Shown piece by piece: positions 1 to 7,918 of a stretch of DNA of 20,641 nt. This stretch comes from Coleofasciculus chthonoplastes F2-STO-03 (GTDB taxonomy: Bacteria; Cyanobacteriota; Cyanobacteriia; Cyanobacteriales; Coleofasciculaceae). The DNA lies in NCBI GenBank assembly GCA_040222015.1, contig JAVJWO010000082.1:1-20641 (forward strand). Reading direction: 5' to 3'. The first letter of the stretch is position 1. Every line of letters begins with the position of its first letter. The notes beneath the pieces are model-generated. The model was not told the DNA's origin. It was given only the letters and a program-made list of their open reading frames with translations, and searched no databases. The position numbers and the translations under genes are program-made.

Positions 1-700
1 ACGATAACTTATTGCAAAGGCTTGCCAACTCCCGCCGATGAACTTAATCCCATCGGTTTTACCGAATTGGAGATGTTTTTAACTTCATTGGTTGATGGTC
101 AAGGAAATTTAAAAGCTCAGGGAACTCTTCCTTTTCAGACCGGTTTACCCACAGGTAAACAAGATGCTCAAATTGTAGAGGTTTGTTTGAAATTGGCAGC
201 TTTAGCCAGAAGTTTTCAGAGTCCTATTCTGTGCGAACGCTTAGATTTTTCGACCAAGAAAGCTCAATTAAGAGAGCGTGGGAAAAAATATGCTAGAATG
301 CTTTCTGCCTGGGCATACAGTCGTTTTTATCAGATTTTGTCATCGATTTTATCCAACCGAGGAATAACTCTTTCTTTGTGCAATCCAGCTTACACGAGTT
401 TGATTGGATTGGTTAAATATAGTCGGATGTATGGACTATCATCTGATGTGGCAGCAGACAAAAGCAATTGCCAGAAGAGGAATGAATAAGAGTGAGAGAT
501 TGCCGCGCTCTGTGTCCGCCTATCTTGGAGTGAATCAGAGAAAGCACGTATGGAGCGCTCTATATCAATTTAATAATTTTATGGGTCGATGCCCTGTAGT
601 CAATCGTAGGCACGATTACTATAGTATCTCTAACTGGGAGCCGTTGGTTAAGGCTGATATCGAGCAACAACGCCGGGTATCAGCCAAGCGCAAGCGTTAA
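1..700 (+). pseudogene. tnpB: Degraded TnpB-related (IS200/IS605/IS607 OrfB-like) gene: starts just upstream of the window, probable large in-frame internal deletion near nt 88-91, +1 frameshift near nt 457-463
   Basis: Frame 1 is open from nt 1 (TITYCKGLPTPADELNPIGFTELEMFL) into VDGQGNLK...CERLDF (RuvC-II-like Glu)...MLSAWAYSRF...NPAYTSLIGLVKY...SDVAA. The expected continuation AIARRGM..SERLP is in frame 2 (ORF 404..700). No RuvC-I GID motif precedes VDGQGNLK. Confidence 0.8.
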
Positions 701-786
701 CGGTCATCGACCAAAAGTTACACCGTGGACTTATACCAAGGCAGAATTACTTATGGGTAGGTTTGTCTAGGTTTTTAGAAGCGGTG
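1..786 (+). mobile_element. Remnant of a TnpB-carrying insertion sequence; putative right end near 770-786 (…gtttgtctaggtttttagaagcggt)
   Basis: TnpB-like pseudogene plus about 85 nt of 3' tail; no HIP1 sites here. The boundary is inferred from recalled similarity to ends of this family and is not proven. Confidence 0.45.
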
Positions 787-857
787 ATGAGAGTCTCTCT
801 ATTTTCAGTGGCGACAGAGTTCCTCTATATAATATATAGTATCTCTCTCCTGCTCCC

Positions 858-881
858 AGACGTGCCATGGTACGTCTCTAC
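858..881. repeat. GTAG-family REP-like palindrome AGACGTGCCATGGTACGTCT-CTAC
   Basis: 20-nt near-perfect palindrome (one G/T pair) ending in CTAC; related degenerate copy at 4305-4330. Confidence 0.7.
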
Positions 882-902
882 TCTGAATACAGTTGATAAA
901 TT

Positions 903-3900
903 GTGATTAACACTCCTGTGCATCTGCTCCTCATTGATGAGGACCCAGATGAACGAGCCTTAATCATTCGTCAATTGCAGCAAGAGTTTTCCGCACTGCA
1001 CGTCGCCCAGCCGACCAATGCTAAAGACCTAAATCAGGTACTTTTAGACGGTCATTTCGATATCGCGATCGCGGACGATGAACTTCCTTGGACAACAGGT
1101 ATAGCAGTCTTTAAGCAGGTTAAACGCCTGCAACCCGCTTGTCCATTTATTATGTTCACCAGTCAAGACAGTGCAGAACTCGCTGTAATGGCAATGAAAG
1201 CGGGTATAAATGACTATATTATTAAATCGCCGTCCCATTATCCCAAACTGGTGACAGCCGTTCGTTCTGCGTTAGCGCCTAAGCTAAAGTCTCAATCTTC
1301 TCGGCTAGAAGCGACTCCACCGATCACCATTTCCCAGAACCTGCAACTGATCGCGACACTCCAAGCTAGGGTCACTCAGCAAACAACAATTGTGCGCTTT
1401 AGTCAATATGCCTTAAGGGGGATTGACATTGATTCGTTAATGAATTGTGCGGTGACTCTTTTGGCAAAAACTCTCGACGTAGACTATGCCAAAGTCCTGG
1501 AATTACTTCCTCATGGTAAAGCCTTATTGTTACGGGCGGGTGTAGGTTGGCAGGTTGGCTTAGTCGGTCAAGCTACTGTGGATACGGAAACCAATTCTCA
1601 AGCCGGCTATACTCTCCTGTCTCAAGAACCAATTGTGGTCGAAGATTTGCGAACAGAATCGCGATTTTCGGCTCCACCTCTATTACGTGATCATGGGGTT
1701 GTCAGTGGGATGAGTGTGATTATTCCGGGACTCTCATTGGCGAAGCCTGGGACTCTTAAACATTGGGATACGATGCCTACCCCCGATAGTCAACCCTTTG
1801 GTATTTTGGGTATTCATAGTACAGGTTCCCGCCAGTTTAGTCAAGATGACATTAACTTTTTGCAAGCGATCGCGAATATTCTCGGTGCAGCAATTGACCG
1901 TTGTCAACAAGCGGAACGATTGCGGATATTGGAGAGTGCGGTTAATGCGAGTAGCAATGGGATTTTAATTAGTGATCCTTATCAATCGGATAACCCAATT
2001 ATTTTTGTCAATTCTGGGTTTGAACGACTCTCAGGTTACAGCGCCTCAGAAATACTTGGTCGTAACTGTCGTTTCTTGCATGAAGATGACTCCAATCAAG
2101 TCCAACTTGAGGAATTACGACAGGCGATTGCAACACAAAAAGAGTGTCAAGTAACCTTGCGGAACTATCGTAAAGATGGTTCTGTGTTCTGGAACGATCT
2201 CTATATCTCACCCGTGCGAAATTCCCAGGGAACATTGACTCACTTTCTGGGAGTACAAACCGATGTCACCGCCCAAAAATTAGCCCTAGAACGACTGCGC
2301 CAACAAGCTCAACTACTGGATTTAGCCAATGATGCGATTATGGTGCTGGATTGGCAGGGCAAAATTACCTACTGGAATCAGGGAGCGCAACGTTTGTATG
2401 GTTGGAGTAGTCAGGAAGCTATTGGACAAAATGCTCACCAATTGCTGCACACGATTTTTCCCCAAGAATTAAGCGACATTGAGGCTCAATTATGGCATCA
2501 AGAATATTGGCCCGGTGAGTTAATTCAAACGACACAGGATGGGACTCAAATTACCGTGGCGAGTCGTTGGACATTACAGCGAGATTATCAAGGTAACCCA
2601 TTAGCCATCTTAGAAGTTAATCATAATATTAGCGCATACAAACGCACCGAGAAAGCCCTGCGTCAGAGTGAACAACGATTCCGGTTAGCGGTAAATCATA
2701 GTCCGGATATGTTGGTCATCTATGATGCTCAACGACGGTTTATTTTTGTAAATACGACCACCCTTGAGCGCACAGGCAAGTCATCAACGGATTATCTGGG
2801 ACACAGGGATGAAGAAATCTGGTCACCGGAGGTAACATCTTCGTATTTACCGACACTCAAGCGGGTGATAGAAACCCGAACTCCCCAGACAGTAGAAGCT
2901 ACCATTCGGTTACCGAATACTAACCCCTTCACCACCGTAATTAAGTATGTGCCGATGTTGAATGAGTTAGGGGAAATTGTCCAAATACTCGGCTTTACCT
3001 TTGACATCACTCAGCGCAAGCAGCTTGAAATTCAATTGCGACAAACGATTGACCGCCTGCAAACCTTACAAACCCTTGACCAAGCCATTCTCGCCGAACA
3101 ACCGCCGCCTGCGATCGCGCAAGTGGCGTTAACAGGTTTAAAATCCCTGCTATCGTGTCGTCATCTGAGTGTCGTGGTGTTTGATTGGGACTCGTCGCAA
3201 GCCACGATCCTCGCCACTGACGGTGAGATGGAAACCCTAGCTGGAACAACAATTGACATAAAACATTTTACCGAAGAAATTGCCCAATTAAATGACGGTA
3301 AAATTAATCAACTTAAACCGTCAGAAACGGTGAATTTATTGCGACCTATTGTCCAAGCATTGCTCTCAAGAAACGCGAACTGTTTCCAGATTATTCCACT
3401 CAGAAGTAAGCAGGAATTAATCGGGACAATCAACCTAGACTGTCAGGGAGAAAATGACGATAATGAGGAATATAGAACGATTGTCCAAGAAGTAGCAAAT
3501 CAACTCGCGATCGCGATTGCCCAATCCCGATTACAACAGCAGCTTAAACGCTACACCACCGAACTCGAAGAACGGATCACTGAACGAACTCAGGAATTGC
3601 AAGCCATCAATGGGGAACTCGAAGCATTTTCCTACACCGTTTCTCACGATCTCAGAGCGCCGTTACGGGCAATGCAAGGGTTTGCTAATGCCTTAGTTGA
3701 AGACTGTGGTTCCCAATTAGATTCAATCGGTTTAGACTATACTCAACGGATTACTACGGCTGCCCAGCGTTTGGATACAATGATCCAAGATTTACTCGAA
3801 TATAGTCGTTTAGGGCGTCTAGAATTTCCCCTAAAACCGATTAGTTTAGACTCCATTGTGTCAGAAGTCCTCTTCCAACTCCAGGAACTGATTAAAAACA

Positions 3901-4340
3901 CAAATACCCAAATTAAGGTAGCCGAGAAAGGGGTAATACCTCTACCAGAGGTTTTGGGTCATCGTGCTACACTTATGCAAGTTGTATCAAATTTGATGGC
4001 TAATGCGATCAAGTTTATCCCGGAAAAAGTACAGCCTCAGATACAGGTGTGGGCAGAAGAACGAAAAGACGTTAATGGTAATACATGGATACGACTCTGG
4101 ATTGAGGATAATGGAATTGGCATTGAACCGGAATACCAAGAAAAGATTTTCCTGGTATTTGAACGCTTACATGGTCGTGAACACTATCATGGTAGTGGTA
4201 TTGGTTTAGCCCTTGTCCGTAAAGGTATGGAACGTCTAGGAGGACGTTCGGGCGTTGAATCATCACTCCATCAGGGAAGCCGATTTTGGATTGAGGCGCA
4301 AAAAGTAGAGACGTGTCATGACTTCTCTGTTAGGGAATAG
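903..4340 (+). CDS. Multi-sensor histidine kinase: REC-GAF-LOV(PAS)-PAS-PAS-GAF-HisKA-HATPase (Cph1/BphP-type kinase core)
   Basis: N-terminal REC (LLLIDED...IADDELP...FT...DYIIK); GAF (SQAGYTL...VEDLRTESRF...SGMSVII); LOV motif GRNCRFLH at nt 2058-2081 with RNYRKDG, FWN and GVQ; PAS (WNQGAQRLYGW); H-box FSYTVSHDLRAPLR; N box NLMANAIKF; G1 DNGIGI; G2 GSGIGLA. Confidence 0.93.
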   Translation: MINTPVHLLLIDEDPDERALIIRQLQQEFSALHVAQPTNAKDLNQVLLDGHFDIAIADDELPWTTGIAVFKQVKRLQPACPFIMFTSQDSAELAVMAMKAGINDYIIKSPSHYPKLVTAVRSALAPKLKSQSSRLEATPPITISQNLQLIATLQARVTQQTTIVRFSQYALRGIDIDSLMNCAVTLLAKTLDVDYAKVLELLPHGKALLLRAGVGWQVGLVGQATVDTETNSQAGYTLLSQEPIVVEDLRTESRFSAPPLLRDHGVVSGMSVIIPGLSLAKPGTLKHWDTMPTPDSQPFGILGIHSTGSRQFSQDDINFLQAIANILGAAIDRCQQAERLRILESAVNASSNGILISDPYQSDNPIIFVNSGFERLSGYSASEILGRNCRFLHEDDSNQVQLEELRQAIATQKECQVTLRNYRKDGSVFWNDLYISPVRNSQGTLTHFLGVQTDVTAQKLALERLRQQAQLLDLANDAIMVLDWQGKITYWNQGAQRLYGWSSQEAIGQNAHQLLHTIFPQELSDIEAQLWHQEYWPGELIQTTQDGTQITVASRWTLQRDYQGNPLAILEVNHNISAYKRTEKALRQSEQRFRLAVNHSPDMLVIYDAQRRFIFVNTTTLERTGKSSTDYLGHRDEEIWSPEVTSSYLPTLKRVIETRTPQTVEATIRLPNTNPFTTVIKYVPMLNELGEIVQILGFTFDITQRKQLEIQLRQTIDRLQTLQTLDQAILAEQPPPAIAQVALTGLKSLLSCRHLSVVVFDWDSSQATILATDGEMETLAGTTIDIKHFTEEIAQLNDGKINQLKPSETVNLLRPIVQALLSRNANCFQIIPLRSKQELIGTINLDCQGENDDNEEYRTIVQEVANQLAIAIAQSRLQQQLKRYTTELEERITERTQELQAINGELEAFSYTVSHDLRAPLRAMQGFANALVEDCGSQLDSIGLDYTQRITTAAQRLDTMIQDLLEYSRLGRLEFPLKPISLDSIVSEVLFQLQELIKNTNTQIKVAEKGVIPLPEVLGHRATLMQVVSNLMANAIKFIPEKVQPQIQVWAEERKDVNGNTWIRLWIEDNGIGIEPEYQEKIFLVFERLHGREHYHGSGIGLALVRKGMERLGGRSGVESSLHQGSRFWIEAQKVETCHDFSVRE

Positions 4341-4400
4341 GGGCGAGTTTTACCGATCAGGTTTGGCTGTAAACTGATAAGAAACTAAACCTGTTCTCCT
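4305..4400. repeat. Two degenerate REP-like elements overlapping the kinase 3' end (GTAGAGACGTGTCATGACTTCTCTGT; TAGGGGCGAGTTT...AAACCTGTTCTCCT)
   Basis: Similar to the REP at 858-881 and to the GTAGGGGCGGGTTT/AAACCCGCCCCTAC pairs at 6538 and 7849. Confidence 0.55.
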
Positions 4401-4427
4401 CAGTCTTTGAGGTTTGGAGTAAGTTTT

Positions 4428-4883
4428 ATGGAGAAGATTATGAGTAGTAAACCTGCCGATATTTTACTCGTTGAAGATGATGATAATGACGTTTTTTTAA
4501 TTCAGCGTGCATTTAAACGCCTCGATTTACCTCATTCACTGCAAGTTGTCACAAATGGAGAGGAGGCAATCAATTACCTAGACCGCAAAGCGCCGTATAA
4601 TAACCTAAAATCCCATCCTATTCCAACTCTTATCTTACTGGATTTAAAACTGCCTCGTAAATCCGGTTTAGAAGTTTTAGCTTGGATTCGACAGCAATCT
4701 CAGTTAAAACGTCTATTAGTTGTGGTATTAACGGCATCCAGAGAAACGCCGGACATTAATAAAGCGTATGATATGGGCGCTAATTCTTATTTAGTGAAAC
4801 CTGTAAGCTTTCATGATTTTTTAGAAATGATTCGTACTCTTGACCTATATTGGTTAATGTTCAACGAAAAACCGTTAGTCTGA
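4428..4883 (+). CDS. Single-domain response regulator, Rcp1/RcpA (phytochrome-partner) type; start ATG 4428 or 4440
   Basis: ILLVEDDDND, LILLDLKLPRKSG (phospho-Asp), VVLTAS, GANSYLVKP, C-terminal YWL; GGAG-like SD before both ATGs. Confidence 0.92.
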   Translation: MEKIMSSKPADILLVEDDDNDVFLIQRAFKRLDLPHSLQVVTNGEEAINYLDRKAPYNNLKSHPIPTLILLDLKLPRKSGLEVLAWIRQQSQLKRLLVVVLTASRETPDINKAYDMGANSYLVKPVSFHDFLEMIRTLDLYWLMFNEKPLV

Positions 4884-4929
4884 ATTGTATTGTGAATTAC
4901 TTAATTTTCAATTCCCTGTTCCCTGAACA

Positions 4930-4978
4930 ATGACAAATGACAAATGACAAATGACAAATGACAAATGACAAATGACAA
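4930..4978 (+). repeat. STRR heptamer tandem repeat (ATGACAA)x7, overlapping the start of the downstream kinase
   Basis: Seven exact units at 4930, 4937, 4944, 4951, 4958, 4965 and 4972; preceded by TTCCCTG x2. Confidence 0.95.
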
Positions 4979-6479
4979 ACCCGTAAGAATCCTGCTCATT
5001 GACGATAACCCCGACGATCGTATGTTAGCGCTACGCCGACTAGAGCAGGAGTTTGAACAATTACAGTCTAAAGAGATTACCGATATCAAGCAACTCCAGC
5101 AGGTATTAGCCGAGCGAAAGTTTGATATCGTCGTCACTGATTATAGCTTGCGTTGGAGCAATGGTTTAAATGTACTGCACCAAGTCAAGCAGCAGTATCC
5201 AGATTGCCCTGTAGTCATGTTTACCGGGACAGGAAACGAAGAAATTGCGGTTAAGGCGATGAAGTCAGGACTTGACGATTATATTATTAAATCCCCTCAG
5301 CATTATACTCGTCTTGCTGCTGCCGTGCGAGCAGCTTGGGAGCGCTCCAAGCAACATCAAGCCTTCAAAGAGATGCAACAACGATATCAACAACTCTTTG
5401 AAAGCGTACCCATTGGACTTTACCGGATGACACCAACGGGTCAAATTATTGAAGCCAATCCAACCCTGTTGCAACTGTTAGGATATCCCAGTGTACAAGC
5501 CTTGCTGGACACAAATATATCCAAGCACCTTGTCGATACTCAAGCCAATCGTTTATGGCAGAGTCAGATAGACGGCGAAGGAGTGGTACGAAACTTGGAA
5601 ATACCGATGCGTCGGTGTGATAATACCATGATTTGGGTACGCTACAATGCTCGTGCTATTCGCAATGCTCAGGGCGAAGTCATGTACTATGAGGGCGCGA
5701 TTGAAGATGTCACCCAGCGCAAGCAAGCGGAAACAGAACGGACTCAATTGCTCAAGAGTGAACAAGCCGCCCGGGCTGAAGCCGAAACTGCGAATCGCTT
5801 AAAAGATGAATTTTTAGCCACCCTATCCCATGAACTGAGAACGCCCCTGAATGCGATTCTAGGATGGGCGGGACTCTTGCGAAGAAAGCAACTGAGTCCA
5901 GACAAAGTACAGCGGGCGTTAGAAGTAATTGAACGCAATGCTAAGTCTCAAGCCCAGCTTATTGATGACTTGCTGGATGTGTCGCGGATTATTCGGGGTA
6001 ACTTGCGCTTAAATGTGATCCCAGTTGACTTGCAGCAGGTTATCAACGCCGCCATTGATACCTTACAACCCGCCGCTGACGCTAAAAGCATTCAGATTGA
6101 CTCATTTTTAGAACCGAGTCAGACTGTGATTAAGGGGGATAGCGATCGCTTACAGCAAATTGTTTGGAATCTTTTGTCTAATGCGATTAAGTTTACCCCA
6201 ACTCACGGACAAGTCAAGATTTATTTGGAATGGTTAGAAAATGCGGTACACATTCGGGTACAAGACACGGGGAAGGGTGTGTCTGTTGACATTGCGCCTT
6301 ACATTTTTGACCGCTTTCGCCAAGCCGAAGGCTCAATAACTCGTTCCCATGGCGGATTAGGACTAGGATTGGCAATTGTGCGTCACTTAGTTGAACTGCA
6401 CGGGGGAACTGTGTGGTGCGAAAGCCCTGGAGACGGAAAGGGAGCCACTTTTACTGTGGAGCTACCGCTCAAACCTTAA
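4965..6479 (+). CDS. REC-PAS-HisKA-HATPase histidine kinase
   Basis: REC (ILLIDDNPDD...VTDYSL...FTGTG...DYIIK); PAS (FESVPIGLY...ANP...YYEGAIEDVT); H-box EFLATLSHELRTPLN; NLLSNAIKFT; DTGKG; GGLGLGL. Confidence 0.93.
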   Translation: MTNDKPVRILLIDDNPDDRMLALRRLEQEFEQLQSKEITDIKQLQQVLAERKFDIVVTDYSLRWSNGLNVLHQVKQQYPDCPVVMFTGTGNEEIAVKAMKSGLDDYIIKSPQHYTRLAAAVRAAWERSKQHQAFKEMQQRYQQLFESVPIGLYRMTPTGQIIEANPTLLQLLGYPSVQALLDTNISKHLVDTQANRLWQSQIDGEGVVRNLEIPMRRCDNTMIWVRYNARAIRNAQGEVMYYEGAIEDVTQRKQAETERTQLLKSEQAARAEAETANRLKDEFLATLSHELRTPLNAILGWAGLLRRKQLSPDKVQRALEVIERNAKSQAQLIDDLLDVSRIIRGNLRLNVIPVDLQQVINAAIDTLQPAADAKSIQIDSFLEPSQTVIKGDSDRLQQIVWNLLSNAIKFTPTHGQVKIYLEWLENAVHIRVQDTGKGVSVDIAPYIFDRFRQAEGSITRSHGGLGLGLAIVRHLVELHGGTVWCESPGDGKGATFTVELPLKP

Positions 6480-6537
6480 GCAGACGCTGAGAGTGTTGAT
6501 TTGTCTACCCCAGTTAACAGTCACAAAAGTAGTAATT

Positions 6538-6602
6538 GTAGGGGCGGGTTTAGCCATTTAATATTGATACTCACCGATAACTTCTCAACAAAACCCGCCC
6601 TT
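6538..6602. repeat. REP-like inverted repeat GTAGGGGCGGGTTT-N39-AAACCCGCCCTT
   Basis: Arms read directly; same family at 7849-7908. Confidence 0.8.
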
Positions 6603-6686
6603 CGTCATACAGCGGTTTCAGACATAGCGCTTTTTCGTCTATTGTTAACGGGTTAGGATTTGAAGCCGCGCTGCTCTAGGGAAGTT

Positions 6687-6730
6687 TATACCCTGAGATA
6701 GAAACAATACAGCCAAAACTTTAGGATAAT
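6687..6730 (+). promoter_or_regulatory. 7-2-7 box TATACCC-TG-AGATAGA, then 22 nt, then -10-like GATAAT, upstream of ldhA
   Basis: 16/18 identity with the site at 14325-14342 and the same spacing to a -10-like hexamer. Confidence 0.6.
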
Positions 6731-6792
6731 AAAGCATCAATATTTCATGAATTAATCGAAAAAAGCAAACTTGAGCAATAGAAGGTAAAATT

Positions 6793-7794
6793 ATGAAAAT
6801 CATTGTTTTCACTGTTGAAGCCTGGGAACGCGATATCTTTGAAAAACTGAGTCCCGTCCATCACGTTGAATGTGTGGAGCAGTCACTAACTACAGACAAC
6901 GCCAGCCACTATGCGGATGCCGATGTTATTTCCACGTTTATCTACTCAGATTTGAGCGCAGATGTTTTAAAACAATTTAACAATCTGCAAATGCTCGCCA
7001 CGCGATCAACAGGCTTTGACCACATTGATACAGACTATTGTCAAGAACATGGCATCAAAGTCTGCAACGTACCCACCTATGGTGAGAATACCGTAGCTGA
7101 ACACGTTTTTGCACTGCTATTAGCTCTCAGCCATAATTTAATCGAGTCAACAGATCGCACTCGCAAAGGTGATTTTTCCCAGGTAGGGCTTCAAGGCTTC
7201 GACTTGCGTGGTAAAACTTTGGGTGTAGTTGGTATAGGAAATATTGGAGAATGCGTAATTGAAATTGCCAAGGGATTTCGCATGGAGGTTGTGGCGTTTG
7301 ATGTGAAGCCAAAAGAAGAATTGGCATCGCGGCTGGGGTTTCGGTATGCCGAGATGAAAGACGTCTTATCCACTGCCGATATTATCACTTTACATGTTCC
7401 AGCGAATCCGAAAACCCATCATCTCATTTCCACTGAACAATTTGATAGCATGAAAGATGGTGTTATTTTAATTAATACCGCTCGTGGATCTATAGTAGAT
7501 ATCAATGCCCTATTGCAGGCATTGGCTGAGGGTAAGGTTGCTGCAGCGGGTTTGGATGTGCTACCCGAAGAACCTGTAATGCGCGAGGAAGCCGAACTGT
7601 TGCGATCGGTTTATCGCAAACAGCATGATTTAGAAACCTTACTGGCTGATCATATTTTATTACGCCTACGGAATGTGATTGTTACTCCTCACAGTGCTTT
7701 TAATACTAAGGAAGCTGTCCAGCGGATTATCGATACAACGGTTGAAAATATTGTCGCATTTGCTGAAGGTAATCCTCAAAATGTTGTAGCATAA
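6793..7794 (+). CDS. ldhA: D-lactate dehydrogenase / D-isomer-specific 2-hydroxyacid dehydrogenase (NAD-type)
   Basis: RSTGFDHID, NVPTY, VAEH, GVVGIGNIG..AFD (acidic residue favouring NAD), LHVP, INTARG, GLDV.PEEP, VTPHSAFNT; SD GAAGG. Confidence 0.85.
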   Translation: MKIIVFTVEAWERDIFEKLSPVHHVECVEQSLTTDNASHYADADVISTFIYSDLSADVLKQFNNLQMLATRSTGFDHIDTDYCQEHGIKVCNVPTYGENTVAEHVFALLLALSHNLIESTDRTRKGDFSQVGLQGFDLRGKTLGVVGIGNIGECVIEIAKGFRMEVVAFDVKPKEELASRLGFRYAEMKDVLSTADIITLHVPANPKTHHLISTEQFDSMKDGVILINTARGSIVDINALLQALAEGKVAAAGLDVLPEEPVMREEAELLRSVYRKQHDLETLLADHILLRLRNVIVTPHSAFNTKEAVQRIIDTTVENIVAFAEGNPQNVVA

Positions 7795-7833
7795 GGGATG
7801 AATTTAATCTAGTTAAGTATACCTCCAATTACT

Positions 7834-7851
7834 CCCCATCAACAGATGGGG
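7834..7851. terminator. Hairpin CCCCATC-AACA-GATGGGG between convergent genes
   Basis: Perfect 7-bp GC-rich stem 40 nt after the ldhA stop; no strong U-tract. Confidence 0.4.
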
Positions 7852-7908
7852 GCGGGTTTAGTCAAATCTGGGTGCAACCGAAAACATAGTAGTGAAACCC
7901 GCCCCTAC
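7849..7908. repeat. REP-like inverted repeat GGGGCGGGTTT-N35-AAACCCGCCCCTAC
   Basis: Perfect 11-bp arms with a terminal CTAC; lies between convergent stops. Confidence 0.85.
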
Positions 7909-7918
7909 ACCTTTTTCC

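Noticed and set aside
1..700. Active Cas12-like nuclease, intact TldR, or programmed frameshift
   Set aside because: RuvC-I and most of the N-terminal lobe appear missing, and the shift falls inside a conserved motif without a canonical slippery heptamer
824..839. TCTATATAATATATAG palindrome upstream of the LOV kinase as a fifth 7-2-7 box
   Set aside because: Spacing and right half do not fit the consensus; low-complexity AT sequence
4887..4900. GTA-N8-TAC (GTATTGTGAATTAC), an NtcA-like site before the second kinase
   Set aside because: No TAN3T -10 at the usual 22-nt spacing, and a 6-base pattern is expected several times by chance in 20 kb
4901..5137. Minus-strand 78-aa ORF with FVICHLS repeats
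   Set aside because: Artefact of the heptamer repeat, antisense to a clear kinase gene
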